64,000 nt of DNA from Candidatus Omnitrophota bacterium (GTDB taxonomy: Bacteria; Omnitrophota; Gorgyraeia; JAHJTE01), in contig JBFMEB010000001.1 of the NCBI GenBank assembly GCA_040753675.1, positions 32,498-96,497 on the forward strand. Direction: 5' to 3'. Numbering within the stretch: the stretch's first letter is position 1; each line of letters starts with the position of its first letter. This document shows, one piece after another, positions 18,990 through 28,396 of the stretch. A program made the translations under genes and the position numbers. Under the pieces are notes generated by a model. It did no database searches, was not told the DNA's origin, and worked only from the letters and a program-made list of their open reading frames with translations.

Positions 18990-19385
18990 TTAGGGACAGG
19001 TGACAGGATTTGGAGGGTCACTAATATCAGTAATATTACCGCCTCTGTCAATTTTATAACCCCTGTTTGTATTCTTGCGACAGGCCTTGAGTTGCAAATC
19101 GCCTCCTGAAATAGTAATTTCATAATTAAAATGGCTCCCTTTCACTGCGCCTGGGTCATCCAGGGCCAAATCAGCTAAACTTGCAGCATACTGCTCGAAA
19201 AAAGCAAAATGATCCTGCTGTGCGCTCCAAATAGCTCTTAACCCAACCTCTGCTTCTCGCTCGATTTGCCTTTCTGCCATATTTAGAAAGATAATAAAAC
19301 CTATTCCAGAAAGAACTGCTATAATTATTAATGTTACAAACAATTCAATAAAACTAAAACCTTCCTCTGATTTTATCTCATTCAT
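18990..19385 (-). CDS. Minor pilin-like protein (start set at MNEIKSEEGFSFIEL)
   Basis: GFSFIELFVTLIIIAVLSGIGF prepilin motif; the upstream part of the ORF overlaps the neighbouring gene and was trimmed. Confidence 0.6.
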   Translation of the reverse strand: MNEIKSEEGFSFIELFVTLIIIAVLSGIGFIIFLNMAERQIEREAEVGLRAIWSAQQDHFAFFEQYAASLADLALDDPGAVKGSHFNYEITISGGDLQLKACRKNTNRGYKIDRGGNITDISDPPNPVTCP

Positions 19386-19443
19386 TGCGTCTACTCTGTC
19401 ATTAGCGATTATCCTGAAAGTAGTTTTTTGCTGTAGGTGAGAT

Positions 19444-19932
19444 TTACAAGTTTTGAAAATGGACATGGCCGCTTACTGCCCAGCCTGTTGGCACCACATC
19501 AGCATCAACATGGATTCCCGGAACATTATAGTTGTGGGTGTGGGCTGGACCACCCGAGTTATCTGATGTCTCAAATTCTAATAGCGTCATGTCATCGATA
19601 TCAATAGCAATTCCATCTGACCAGGCTGCCTCAGTGATAACCTTATTCAAATCTGGATCATTAAGTTTTTCATATCTTAGTTCATCATCGAAAGCGCCTG
19701 CGCCCTTCGGTATGCGATGAGTAACAAAAAATTGAGTCGCCCGCCACTCTTCATCTACCCACGCGCCCTCTGAAGCATCACCTTTATCGCTGAAATGAAC
19801 CAAGGCAGCATCAAAATGGTCTGAAGCAACATTAGCAAAGGTTGACTTATAGCCAAAAAATGCCAAAGAGAATAAGACAAGTGTTAGTAAACAAACTCCA
19901 AAGGTTATCATGGAAACTTTTATTAGGCTCAT
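19444..19932 (-). CDS. N-terminally membrane-anchored secreted protein, His-rich, C-terminal SGHVHF motif; unknown function
   Basis: Single N-terminal TM helix; C-terminus HTHNYNVPGIHVDADVVPTGWAVSGHVHFQNL. Confidence 0.45.
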   Translation of the reverse strand: MSLIKVSMITFGVCLLTLVLFSLAFFGYKSTFANVASDHFDAALVHFSDKGDASEGAWVDEEWRATQFFVTHRIPKGAGAFDDELRYEKLNDPDLNKVITEAAWSDGIAIDIDDMTLLEFETSDNSGGPAHTHNYNVPGIHVDADVVPTGWAVSGHVHFQNL

Positions 19933-19948
19933 AGTACTCTCTCCTTTG

Positions 19949-20206
19949 TTATCTAGATAAAGGTTGAGGTGAGTCTACGATAAATTCGTATTCATCCTCT
20001 CCTTCCCTTAAAGCCTGCTCTATAGCCTGCGCGCGCTGTTGTATAATTGGATTCTTAGCGCCAGAAATCTGTAGTTTTCTCTGCACAATAAAATACTGCC
20101 GGATTTTTTTTATCTTTGATAATCCCATCCCTATTATCAGGCCGCATAAAAAACAAACTAGTGCAATAATTATTATTCGAAATGTATATGCCCGTGAACT
20201 CGCCAT
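19949..20206 (-). CDS. Small single-pass membrane protein
   Basis: 85 aa, N-terminal TM helix (IIIIALVCFLCGLIIGMGL), charged C-terminus. Confidence 0.4.
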   Translation of the reverse strand: MASSRAYTFRIIIIALVCFLCGLIIGMGLSKIKKIRQYFIVQRKLQISGAKNPIIQQRAQAIEQALREGEDEYEFIVDSPQPLSR

Positions 20207-20550
20207 TTGGTTACCTTCATAATTGCCTGACCCCTAATAACTGGTAGTTTTACTGTGCCAGGTGCGTAGGATGAATTTTCTTCATACAACTTAACTGACT
20301 GCTCAGGTGCTTGAGCTGAAGTATCGGGATTAAAACTTTTAAATTCTTTATCTGGTTCGCTCCAATAATAAGCTTCAATTGCCTGCCAGTGTTCATCGTA
20401 ATAAACACTAGCTGGACTTTCGCCTGCAGAAACCTCACCGATAGGATCTGATGCCTCTAATCTTGCAGCCATATAAAGAAACCCAGCAATAATTCCTAAA
20501 GATAGAGACAAACCAATACATATGCCTAAAATTACTGTCTTCTTTTTCAT
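20173..20550 (-). CDS. Membrane-anchored protein with C-terminal HGHIHFE motif (paralog-like of 19444-19932)
   Basis: N-terminal TM helix; C-terminus ...KVTKWRVHGHIHFE. Confidence 0.4.
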   Translation of the reverse strand: MKKKTVILGICIGLSLSLGIIAGFLYMAARLEASDPIGEVSAGESPASVYYDEHWQAIEAYYWSEPDKEFKSFNPDTSAQAPEQSVKLYEENSSYAPGTVKLPVIRGQAIMKVTKWRVHGHIHFE

Positions 20551-20572
20551 CTTTTCACCTCTTATATATAAC

Positions 20573-21034
20573 CTATCCCCCTGGTCTATCTAAGATAAAT
20601 ATAGGAAAAGCTCGCCTGCCGCCGGCTTCTAATATATAGACATTATTCCAAATCGCACCAACAGGAGGTACTGGTATTGATTCTTTTGTCTTTAGATTAA
20701 AAGGTGACTGCACTGCTGCTGTAATTTTTGTTCGACCTGGCCCTGGCTCTTCTATTCGATAGTATATATCAAAAGCCTCACTTGGCTCTCCCAAAATTCT
20801 ATAGGCGAATACCTTATCCTTGGAAACTGGTACAGTACCATTCCTTATATCAATCAAAGCCATGCTAATCCCGGCCTCACATAGATAATAGGCTTTAGTG
20901 GCGTCAATCCAGCGCAATGCTCGGCTTGTATCAAGCCTAAGCATGGTAAATATAACTACTGTGCTTAAGGACAGAATAAAAATCAGACCTACGGCGAGAA
21001 TTAAGACAATGCCTTTTGAATGTTTAAATCTCAT
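20573..21034 (-). CDS. PilX/GspK-like minor pseudopilin (atypical leader)
   Basis: N-terminal hydrophobic helix GIVLILAVGLIFILSLSTVVIFTML; genomic position within the minor pilin block. Confidence 0.4.
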   Translation of the reverse strand: MRFKHSKGIVLILAVGLIFILSLSTVVIFTMLRLDTSRALRWIDATKAYYLCEAGISMALIDIRNGTVPVSKDKVFAYRILGEPSEAFDIYYRIEEPGPGRTKITAAVQSPFNLKTKESIPVPPVGAIWNNVYILEAGGRRAFPIFILDRPGG

Positions 21035-21041
21035 GCTAGTT

Positions 21042-21509
21042 TTAGTTAATGAGTCCGTGAGGAGTCATATTATTACGCGGCACTACAGCAGTACGAACAG
21101 GATAATCTTTTCCCTGACTACTTGTTAGGATAATATGCATCTCAACACGGCCTGTATCTTCACCAAACCCAGGTGTTTTTGTAAAATAAGCACTGGAAAC
21201 GCCTTTCAAGAAAACATCTCCATTAAGGTCAAGTGTTCCTGCGCTATCGTCAAATCTGATTGCCCCTCCTGAAAAGGTAATTATTTTATGGTCAGCAGAG
21301 ACAGCAGGTACTTCGTTAGAGTACAATAAACGCTGAAAGGCATACTCCATTCCATGGATAGCCCTGCCCTGGGAGATTCCAACATCAGCCCTGGCTTCAA
21401 CATCGACACGACTTAAGAATGAACCTACTGTCCAACTAAGGGCAATGATGAGCACTGTCAAGGCAGTAGCTATAACCAGTTCCACTAAACTAAATCCTTT
21501 TCTTTCCAT
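21042..21509 (-). CDS. Pseudopilin (PilW/GspJ-like)
   Basis: MERKGFSLVELVIATALTVLIIALSWT prepilin leader. Confidence 0.6.
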   Translation of the reverse strand: MERKGFSLVELVIATALTVLIIALSWTVGSFLSRVDVEARADVGISQGRAIHGMEYAFQRLLYSNEVPAVSADHKIITFSGGAIRFDDSAGTLDLNGDVFLKGVSSAYFTKTPGFGEDTGRVEMHIILTSSQGKDYPVRTAVVPRNNMTPHGLIN

Positions 21510-21536
21510 CTTTGCCTCACCCCTTTGTGAAAAAAT

Positions 21537-22187
21537 TTACCATCTCAGTCGCCCTAAATTTAACTGAAGTTGATCGTTAGTTGACTTTATCGGAATCGTG
21601 CCGAGATAAATTACATAATCTTTACCTTCTTCTTTCCATTGTACTCTAACATCTGTTTGAAATGCGGCTGAACTTAAATCACTAATGAGCGGCCACTTGC
21701 GCGCAATAAAAGTAATCTTAACGCTTTTGTAGTCTGACTTTGGCACTAATTTTTTGACTTCAATATCTCCTATCCAATCAAAGGGACAAGTAATACCTGG
21801 CGGGTCTGGCACTCCACTTGTATTGTTTATATCGTAATGTGTCCATGATTTCAAACCATAACCAACCGTGGTAGTATCAGCACCTTGCCATTTAAGATCA
21901 CACATTGTATACGGCCATGGTGGAACCGGTTCCATAACTATATCAAAATCAGTAACACAATTAGTTCCTGGCTCATACATATACTTCAGCCCTAACGGAT
22001 GCGGCATCCTGCCAGATTCAGCCCATTCTACGCACTCCCTAGCAAGATTATATGCTGTGTAGCGGTAACCCACTGTCTGGGCAAGTTTTTTGTACCCCCG
22101 ATAACTAGAAACAAAACCAAGCATACCCACAGCTAAAATCATTGTGGCGACTAATAACTCAGTTAATGTAACTGCCTTATTTTTCAT
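21537..22187 (-). CDS. Pilin-like protein (start set at MKNKAVTLTELLV)
   Basis: AVTLTELLVATMILAVGMLGFVSSY prepilin-type helix. Confidence 0.55.
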   Translation of the reverse strand: MKNKAVTLTELLVATMILAVGMLGFVSSYRGYKKLAQTVGYRYTAYNLARECVEWAESGRMPHPLGLKYMYEPGTNCVTDFDIVMEPVPPWPYTMCDLKWQGADTTTVGYGLKSWTHYDINNTSGVPDPPGITCPFDWIGDIEVKKLVPKSDYKSVKITFIARKWPLISDLSSAAFQTDVRVQWKEEGKDYVIYLGTIPIKSTNDQLQLNLGRLRW

Positions 22188-22281
22188 CCTATTACAAGTA
22201 TAACATAGGCTACAGCAAACTTCTATTAAATCTTGATTTAGAGTCAAGATTATAGATTATGAGAAAGGTGTGCAATTTTAC

Positions 22282-22698
22282 TTAGAGAAACGGCCAGGTG
22301 CCTGACCAGGAAGGATCTGGGCTGACGCTCGGGTCGTAGGTCATTACAATAGTTTTAGCATTATATGCCGCTTGTCCACCGGAGCGGGTAGCTGTACTAA
22401 CAAAAGAATCCGCAGCACCAGCAACACTATAATTCCATTCCATTGAACTAAGTTCTAGATTAAGCAACGTGTTGCAGTCAGCGGTGTTAAGGCAGGTTCC
22501 ATATGTTGGATTCTCGCCCCGATAGATTCTCTCTGCAGTGTAGACTAACTGCAGACTATTTATAGCATCCTGCCCCTTAACTTTCTCATTTATACTCTCA
22601 TATTGAGAAAATCCCAGCACAGCTAATACACCAATGATTACCAGCGTAATCATTATTTCCATCATGGTAAAGCTGTTAGCACATGAGAAAATTCTCAT
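22282..22698 (-). CDS. Type IV pilin (PilA-like), paralog of 18522-18932
   Basis: NSFTMMEIMITLVIIGVLAVLGFSQY; shares the C-terminal CLNTADCNTLLNLEL...YSVA...ATRSGG region with the 18522 gene. Confidence 0.75.
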   Translation of the reverse strand: MRIFSCANSFTMMEIMITLVIIGVLAVLGFSQYESINEKVKGQDAINSLQLVYTAERIYRGENPTYGTCLNTADCNTLLNLELSSMEWNYSVAGAADSFVSTATRSGGQAAYNAKTIVMTYDPSVSPDPSWSGTWPFL

Positions 22699-22739
22699 AC
22701 CTCTAATATCTATATCATCCTGCGCTCAACTAACTTAAA

Positions 22740-23201
22740 TTAATATCCGCCTGTCCCAGTCCATGAATCAGCGCCAGTAGCAAGATTACTTGTTAAAATT
22801 AAGGTTGTTGCTGCTGGACCGCCTGGCTGCTTACCATTACCGCCGGTACAACGAGTAGCTGTAATAACTACTTGATTAAGTACAGCGTTAGTAACGCCAT
22901 ACATAAAAAAGTACTGAGTACTAGGTGCTGCTGCTGCGCATGCATCAGAAATTTGACCAGGTTGATTACCTATGCCTACCATAGCATTTGTAAGTGTGCC
23001 GGCTGGTAGCGAATTGTTATTTTGCATATAAATTGCTGCAGCCTGAGTCCTTATCGTCCCAATAACTGACCTTGCTTCTGCGCCACGCGAACGCTCTACC
23101 ATTCTCTGGAACTGCGCAAATCCCAGGGTTGCCAATATACCCAAAATTATGATAACAATTACCAGTTCCAATAGCGTAAAACCCATTATCTTCTTTCTCA
23201 T
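22740..23201 (-). CDS. Major pilin / GspG-like pseudopilin
   Basis: MRKKIMGFTLLELVIVIIILGILATLGFAQFQ classic prepilin peptidase site (G|FTLLE). Confidence 0.75.
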   Translation of the reverse strand: MRKKIMGFTLLELVIVIIILGILATLGFAQFQRMVERSRGAEARSVIGTIRTQAAAIYMQNNNSLPAGTLTNAMVGIGNQPGQISDACAAAAPSTQYFFMYGVTNAVLNQVVITATRCTGGNGKQPGGPAATTLILTSNLATGADSWTGTGGY

Positions 23202-23287
23202 TTGTACTGTCTCCTTTTTATTGAAAAATTAATTTCTTAAAATTTTAATGTTTAATTTTTGATTTTTGATTTTCCTCTCTCACCTCC

Positions 23288-24550
23288 TTAGCCTCCAAAC
23301 CCTCCGCCGCCAGTTGAAAGCTTAAAAATAGGCCAGTACATTGCAATAACCATTGCTCCGATAAGTAAGCCCATAAATACAATCATTACGGGTTCAAAAA
23401 TAGAAGTCAACCGGGCAATAAAGGTTTCTACATATTGCTGATAATAATTGGCTATACGATTACACATCTTAGGTAGTTCGCCTATCTCTTCGCCGATAGC
23501 AACCATCTGCGTTACCATTGGAGGAAAAAGACCTGACTCTTCCAAGGGAGCATGGAATGTTTTGCCTTGGCGCACTGACTCTTTTACATGCTCAACCGCA
23601 TCTTCCATCAGGACATTTCCCATACCGTGTTGGGTAATTTCTAAGGCATAAAGTATTGGTACACCGCTTTCTAAAAGCATTGAGATTTGCGAGGCAAATC
23701 TCTCCATTAAAATTGCCTGAATCATCCCTTTTAAAAGAGGAATTTGTAATTGTTGTTTGTCAAAGAGCCTTTTGCCAGCGCCAGTCGAAATAAAGTTTTT
23801 TAGACCAAAGAATAAACCAATACAGCCGAGAATTATATAAATTATACCACGGCGCAAAAAAATACTCAATGACAATAATATTCTCGTTACCAAAGGTAGT
23901 TTAATATTAAAGGTAGAAAATATTTCGTAAAATCTTGGGACAATAAAAAATAAAAAAGCAAAATTTGCTAAGAGGGCGACTACTAACAAAAGTAATGGAT
24001 AAATCATTGCTGAAATAAGTTTAGTCTTAAAAGCCTCGCGTGCCTCTAAATAAAATGCTAATTTATCCAAGACAACCGGTAGGCTTCCGCTCGCTTCACC
24101 CGCGGTAACTAAATTAATCCAGAATTTAGAAAATATTTTAGGATGTTCTGCAAGAGAATCTGAAAGATTTCTTCCAGAAGAAACATCTTTTTTTATTGTC
24201 TCAAGCGCGCTTTGAAGCTTACGACTGGTAACCTGTAAAGAAATAATTTCGAGGCATCTTAAAAGATTAACGCCGGCGCTAAGCATGGTTGCGAGTTGTC
24301 TGGCAAATATCACTAAATCACTAGATTTCACTCCAGAGTGTTGGCTAAGGCCGACCTTCGGGCTTGGCCTTGCTCTTGCCTGCATTTCAGTAGCTATCTT
24401 ACCCTCTGACAAGACCTCTTCTCTAATTGAAACCACAGTAACGCCTTCGGCTTGAAGCTTATTCAAAAGCAACTCTTCGCTTTCTGCCTCAGCCCTGTTT
24501 GTCTGTTTTCTCCCGTCTTTAGAAATAACTGTATAGATAAATTTAGCCAT
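23288..24550 (-). CDS. pilC: Type IV pilus / T2SS inner-membrane platform protein (GspF/PilC family)
   Basis: Two T2SSF repeats (LATMLSAGVNLLRCLEI ... ESGVPILYALEI). Confidence 0.85.
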   Translation of the reverse strand: MAKFIYTVISKDGRKQTNRAEAESEELLLNKLQAEGVTVVSIREEVLSEGKIATEMQARARPSPKVGLSQHSGVKSSDLVIFARQLATMLSAGVNLLRCLEIISLQVTSRKLQSALETIKKDVSSGRNLSDSLAEHPKIFSKFWINLVTAGEASGSLPVVLDKLAFYLEAREAFKTKLISAMIYPLLLLVVALLANFAFLFFIVPRFYEIFSTFNIKLPLVTRILLSLSIFLRRGIIYIILGCIGLFFGLKNFISTGAGKRLFDKQQLQIPLLKGMIQAILMERFASQISMLLESGVPILYALEITQHGMGNVLMEDAVEHVKESVRQGKTFHAPLEESGLFPPMVTQMVAIGEEIGELPKMCNRIANYYQQYVETFIARLTSIFEPVMIVFMGLLIGAMVIAMYWPIFKLSTGGGGFGG

Positions 24551-24551
24551 T

Positions 24552-26270
24552 TTATCCCTCTGCGATTATCGCCATTACCTCTTCTAAACTAGTAATACCT
24601 TTTTCAACTTTTTTAAGGCCGCTTTCCCACAAAGTATCCATCCCTGATTGCCTCATAGCCTCCTTAAGCTTTGAGCTTTGGGCTCCCTCTAAAGCAAGAC
24701 GTGTAATCTCTTCGGTATTAAGCATAACTTCGTAAACCGCGACTCTACCCCGATATCCGATCTGATTACATTTCTCGCAACCTTTTGCCTTATAGATGAG
24801 GTCAACATTTAACTTTATTTTGCCTAATTTTTCTTTATCCGGCTCATAGGCCTCTTTACACTCCGGGCATAATTTTCTCACTAATCTCTGAGCGACTATC
24901 AATAACAAAGAGGGCATTAATAGATACGGCTCTATCCCGATATCAATCAGTCGCGTGATTGCAGAAGGCGCGTCATTAGTATGCAAGGTGCTCATTACTA
25001 AATGGCCGGTTAAGGCTGAACGGATACAAATCTGGGCAGTTTCTAAGTCCCTTACCTCGCCCACCATCATAATGTCCGGGTCCTGACGCAAGAAAGAACG
25101 TAGAGCAGTAGCAAAGGTAAGCCCGATTTCAGATTTTACCTGAACCTGATTTATTCCCTCAAGCCGATATTCAACCGGGTCTTCGACGGTAACGATATTT
25201 TTATGCGGATTGTTTATCTCGTTTAAAGCAGCGTAGAGAGTAGTAGTTTTTCCGCTACCGGTCGGGCCGGTCAAAAAAACCATTCCATAAGGCGAAATTA
25301 TTGCTTTTCGAAAATATTCTAACTGTTTAGCTTCAAATCCCAGCTGGCTTAACTCTAAAGGCAGCTGGCTCCTATCTAAAAGACGAATAACTACCTTCTC
25401 GCCGTATACGGTAGGTATGGTGGAAACCCGCAAATCGATAGTCCGTTTTTCGGAACGGACCATAAATGCGCCGTCCTGGGGAAGGCGTTTTTCCGCAATA
25501 TCCATTTTGGCCAGAATTTTAATCCGGGAAATTATGGGCAGATGCAAATGTTTTGCCGGAGGAGGTATGTCGTAAAGCATGCCGTCAATCCTGTACCTTA
25601 GGCTAATCCTGTCTTTATAAGGCTCAATATGTATGTCAGAAGCGCGTTCATCTATTGCCTGACGGATAACCAAATCAACTAATTTTACTACCGGAGCTTC
25701 CTCTGCCTTAGCAATTAATGTATCTAAACTTAGCTCGTCCTCGGCTAACTCGCCTGCTGCCTCTTCTGTTTCTTCTTCGGTCTTGCCATAAGATTCTTTT
25801 ACTGCTTCTTTTAAAAGGTTAACTTTGCCGTAAAACTCTTCTATCGCCTTTAAGATATCTGTTTTCGTGGCAATAACCGGATTAATCTCGCAACCGGTCA
25901 TCTTCCTTAAATTATCTATTAAAACTAAATCCATCGGGTCATAGATTGCGCAGGTAAGAGAATTTAAATTTTTAGAAAGCGGAAGTAAAATATTTTTGAT
26001 AGCAAAATCCTTCGGGATTAATTTTTCTAAACCTTGGTCAATAGCCGGTCGCAACAAGCCGACTCCAGAAGTGACATAAGGAATAGCTAATTGTTTGCCT
26101 AAGGTGGCGACTAAATCATGCTCGCTAACCATCCCCAGGTAAACAAAAACTTCCCCTATCCGGGAATCTTTTTGTTTTTTCTGCTCATCCAGGGCTTTAA
26201 CCAGCTGCTCTTTGGTAATTAACCCTTCTTTAACTAACAAGTCGCCTAATTTTAATCTCTGCTTGGTCAT
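24552..26270 (-). CDS. pilB: Type IV pilus assembly ATPase (GspE/PilB family) with N-terminal GSPII_E_N domain
   Basis: Walker A LTGPTGSGKTTTLYA, Asp box, His box and tetracysteine motif CPEC...CEKC. Confidence 0.9.
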   Translation of the reverse strand: MTKQRLKLGDLLVKEGLITKEQLVKALDEQKKQKDSRIGEVFVYLGMVSEHDLVATLGKQLAIPYVTSGVGLLRPAIDQGLEKLIPKDFAIKNILLPLSKNLNSLTCAIYDPMDLVLIDNLRKMTGCEINPVIATKTDILKAIEEFYGKVNLLKEAVKESYGKTEEETEEAAGELAEDELSLDTLIAKAEEAPVVKLVDLVIRQAIDERASDIHIEPYKDRISLRYRIDGMLYDIPPPAKHLHLPIISRIKILAKMDIAEKRLPQDGAFMVRSEKRTIDLRVSTIPTVYGEKVVIRLLDRSQLPLELSQLGFEAKQLEYFRKAIISPYGMVFLTGPTGSGKTTTLYAALNEINNPHKNIVTVEDPVEYRLEGINQVQVKSEIGLTFATALRSFLRQDPDIMMVGEVRDLETAQICIRSALTGHLVMSTLHTNDAPSAITRLIDIGIEPYLLMPSLLLIVAQRLVRKLCPECKEAYEPDKEKLGKIKLNVDLIYKAKGCEKCNQIGYRGRVAVYEVMLNTEEITRLALEGAQSSKLKEAMRQSGMDTLWESGLKKVEKGITSLEEVMAIIAEG

Positions 26271-26280
26271 AGAGTACTAC

Positions 26281-26450
26281 TTTTGAAATCCCAATGTCAA
26301 ATACTACCAATACTACCAAATAAATCCCAATTTCAAATAAATACCAAATTTTGGATTTGGGATTTTGGATTTATTTTGCCTGCCTGCCGGTAGGCAGGGA
26401 TTTTGTAGTATTTGGATTTTGGATTTTAACATTAGTCTAATTTCACTACC
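26281..26450. promoter_or_regulatory. Repeat-rich intergenic element: GGATTTT / TACTACCAA repeats flanking an 8-bp stem hairpin (26379-26398)
   Basis: ttggatttgggattttggattt ... CCTGCCTG ccgg TAGGCAGG ... tttggattttggatttt; inverted copies of ggtagtatttg on both sides. Confidence 0.4.
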
Positions 26451-26456
26451 ACTGTA

Positions 26457-27971
26457 TCACAAATTATTGCTTTTTTCAAACTCGGATAATGCTTTATTAA
26501 CTTCTTCATTTAAAGAGGTCAGCGGCCCTTGCTCGCGGTCTAAGGTAGTATATTCACTAATTACCTGCGACATTGCAACTGCGTTAGTTCTTAAAAGATG
26601 CGGAGTAATAAATATTATCAGTTCTCTATTTTTAGTCGTGCCTTCTCGGTGACGAAATGCAGCACCTAAAAACGGTATGTCGCCTAAAATCGGCACTTTT
26701 TTGCGAACTTGAGAATCATCCGTCCGGATTAACCCTCCGATAACCACAGTCTCGCCATCCGGCACCATTACTGTAGATTTGGTAGCCCGGCTTTCCGGAT
26801 CTTTCAGGGTATTACCCTGTAAAGTAATTGTGCCTGCCTTAGCTTGAGTCACGCTGGTCTCAAGAAACATGGTAACCTCTCCGCTGTGGGTGTTTATTTG
26901 CGGCGTAACCCGTAAAAGGATACCCGTCTCTGCTCTTTCTGCTGTCTGGGTGATGGAACCGGCGCTTCCTCCGGCTGCTGCTGTCTCGGTAGTAACGCCG
27001 ATTGCCTCATCAACAGTTATCCTTATTTCAGAGGTCTCATTTGAAAGCGTTAACAGCCGAGGCCTGGCTAAATATTTTGTATCCGTGTGAGTCTGCAGTA
27101 ACTGAAGAGTGGCGGTTAAAGATTCAGCACTAAGCATACCAAAGTGTGTAGTCTGGCGGGTGGCGTTACCCTTCATGTCATTACCAAAAGGAAATCTTAA
27201 TTCTTGGCTGGGGCCAGTAAATTTTAACGCAGTATTAGAAAACTTGACTCCCAATTCATCAAGCACATCCTGATTAGCGTCCAACATCTCGATTTCAATC
27301 ATAACCTGTGGAATCGGGATATCTAATCTAGCAATAGTCTCTTGTATCGTCGTAAATCTACTGGCAATATCAGTCACTATTAAACTATTGGTGCGGGTAT
27401 CTTCAACTACCCGGCCGTTAGTGGATATAACCTTTTTTACCGCAGCAGTAATATTATCCTCTCCGGTTGTGCTGGAGGCGGAAGCGCCTCCTTCGTCAGA
27501 AGAAATCTTATCCTCGATTTCTTTTGAAAGGCGGGAATTTGAGACTCGGGCGTATTTTAAATAAAATACCTTGGTAACCATATCAATCTCCGAGCCGCCC
27601 TTATCCTTTACGATAAAAATATCCGAACTTTCTTCCTTTTCATAGGTCAGGTTATTCGCGGCAAGAAGTTTTTCTAATGCCTCATCCACAGACACATCCT
27701 TTAGATAAAGGGTAATCTTTCTATCTTCCACTGCAGCACTAGCAATAAAATTTAAGTTCGCCTGCTGGGAAAATATTTTTAATACATCTTTTAAATTTGC
27801 CTCCTTAAAATCCATTGAAATTTTAGGCATTTCTGTTTGAAAAACAATATTCTGCCATGGAGGAGAGCCCCGAGCAAAGATGCTCGGCATAAATAAAAAC
27901 AATACTAAAAATATCGCTATCGCAACCAATTTTGCGCGCTCTAATCTAAACAATTCGTTAAGGCTTTTCAT
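26457..27971 (-). CDS. pilQ: Secretin (PilQ/GspD family)
   Basis: Secretin N domains and C-terminal secretin core VVIGGLIRTDDSQVRKKVPILGDIPFLGAAF. Confidence 0.85.
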   Translation of the reverse strand: MKSLNELFRLERAKLVAIAIFLVLFLFMPSIFARGSPPWQNIVFQTEMPKISMDFKEANLKDVLKIFSQQANLNFIASAAVEDRKITLYLKDVSVDEALEKLLAANNLTYEKEESSDIFIVKDKGGSEIDMVTKVFYLKYARVSNSRLSKEIEDKISSDEGGASASSTTGEDNITAAVKKVISTNGRVVEDTRTNSLIVTDIASRFTTIQETIARLDIPIPQVMIEIEMLDANQDVLDELGVKFSNTALKFTGPSQELRFPFGNDMKGNATRQTTHFGMLSAESLTATLQLLQTHTDTKYLARPRLLTLSNETSEIRITVDEAIGVTTETAAAGGSAGSITQTAERAETGILLRVTPQINTHSGEVTMFLETSVTQAKAGTITLQGNTLKDPESRATKSTVMVPDGETVVIGGLIRTDDSQVRKKVPILGDIPFLGAAFRHREGTTKNRELIIFITPHLLRTNAVAMSQVISEYTTLDREQGPLTSLNEEVNKALSEFEKSNNL

Positions 27972-27997
27972 TTTAGCCTCCTTTAATAAACAACTAA

Positions 27998-28396
27998 CTA
28001 TGGATACAAGGTAAAAAGCTTACCTTTGAATAATACAGCGACTTCTTTTGGTTTTATGCTAATTATAGTAATCGGCTCTCCATTATTTATTACGTCTCCT
28101 TCCCGCATTACATGACTTTCGATAATTACCTGGGGAAACTTGCCGCCCCAAACAATGCCTTCAATTTTTAAATCCGGTGCTAAAACAGGAGCCTGAGGAA
28201 CAATCCTCACCTCTCCTTGCTTAATTTGTTTCTCAGGCATTAAAGACCTGAATGGATCTCTCCCTGTCGGATTAAATGTCGGCTTTCTTGCGGTAACAAT
28301 TTCGGCCTTGCTAAGTAAATTTTGGAAAAAAAAGCATATAATCAGCAACAAAACAAGGGTTATCTTTTGCATACTTATCTTCAGGGTAATTATCAT
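27998..28396 (-). CDS. pilP: PilP-like pilus assembly lipoprotein
   Basis: Signal/anchor plus RDPF motif and C-terminal beta domain; position between pilO-like and pilQ. Confidence 0.45.
   Translation of the reverse strand: MIITLKISMQKITLVLLLIICFFFQNLLSKAEIVTARKPTFNPTGRDPFRSLMPEKQIKQGEVRIVPQAPVLAPDLKIEGIVWGGKFPQVIIESHVMREGDVINNGEPITIISIKPKEVAVLFKGKLFTLYP

Noticed and set aside
23202-23287. Looked for a sigma-54 (TGGCAC-N5-TTGCA) promoter upstream of the major pilin gene
   Set aside because: No match with correct spacing; only an AGGAGA ribosome-binding site is evident.
26341-26440. Short tandem GGATTTT repeats as a possible CRISPR array
   Set aside because: The units are 7-8 bp, irregular, with no spacer structure and no cas genes; this is not CRISPR.
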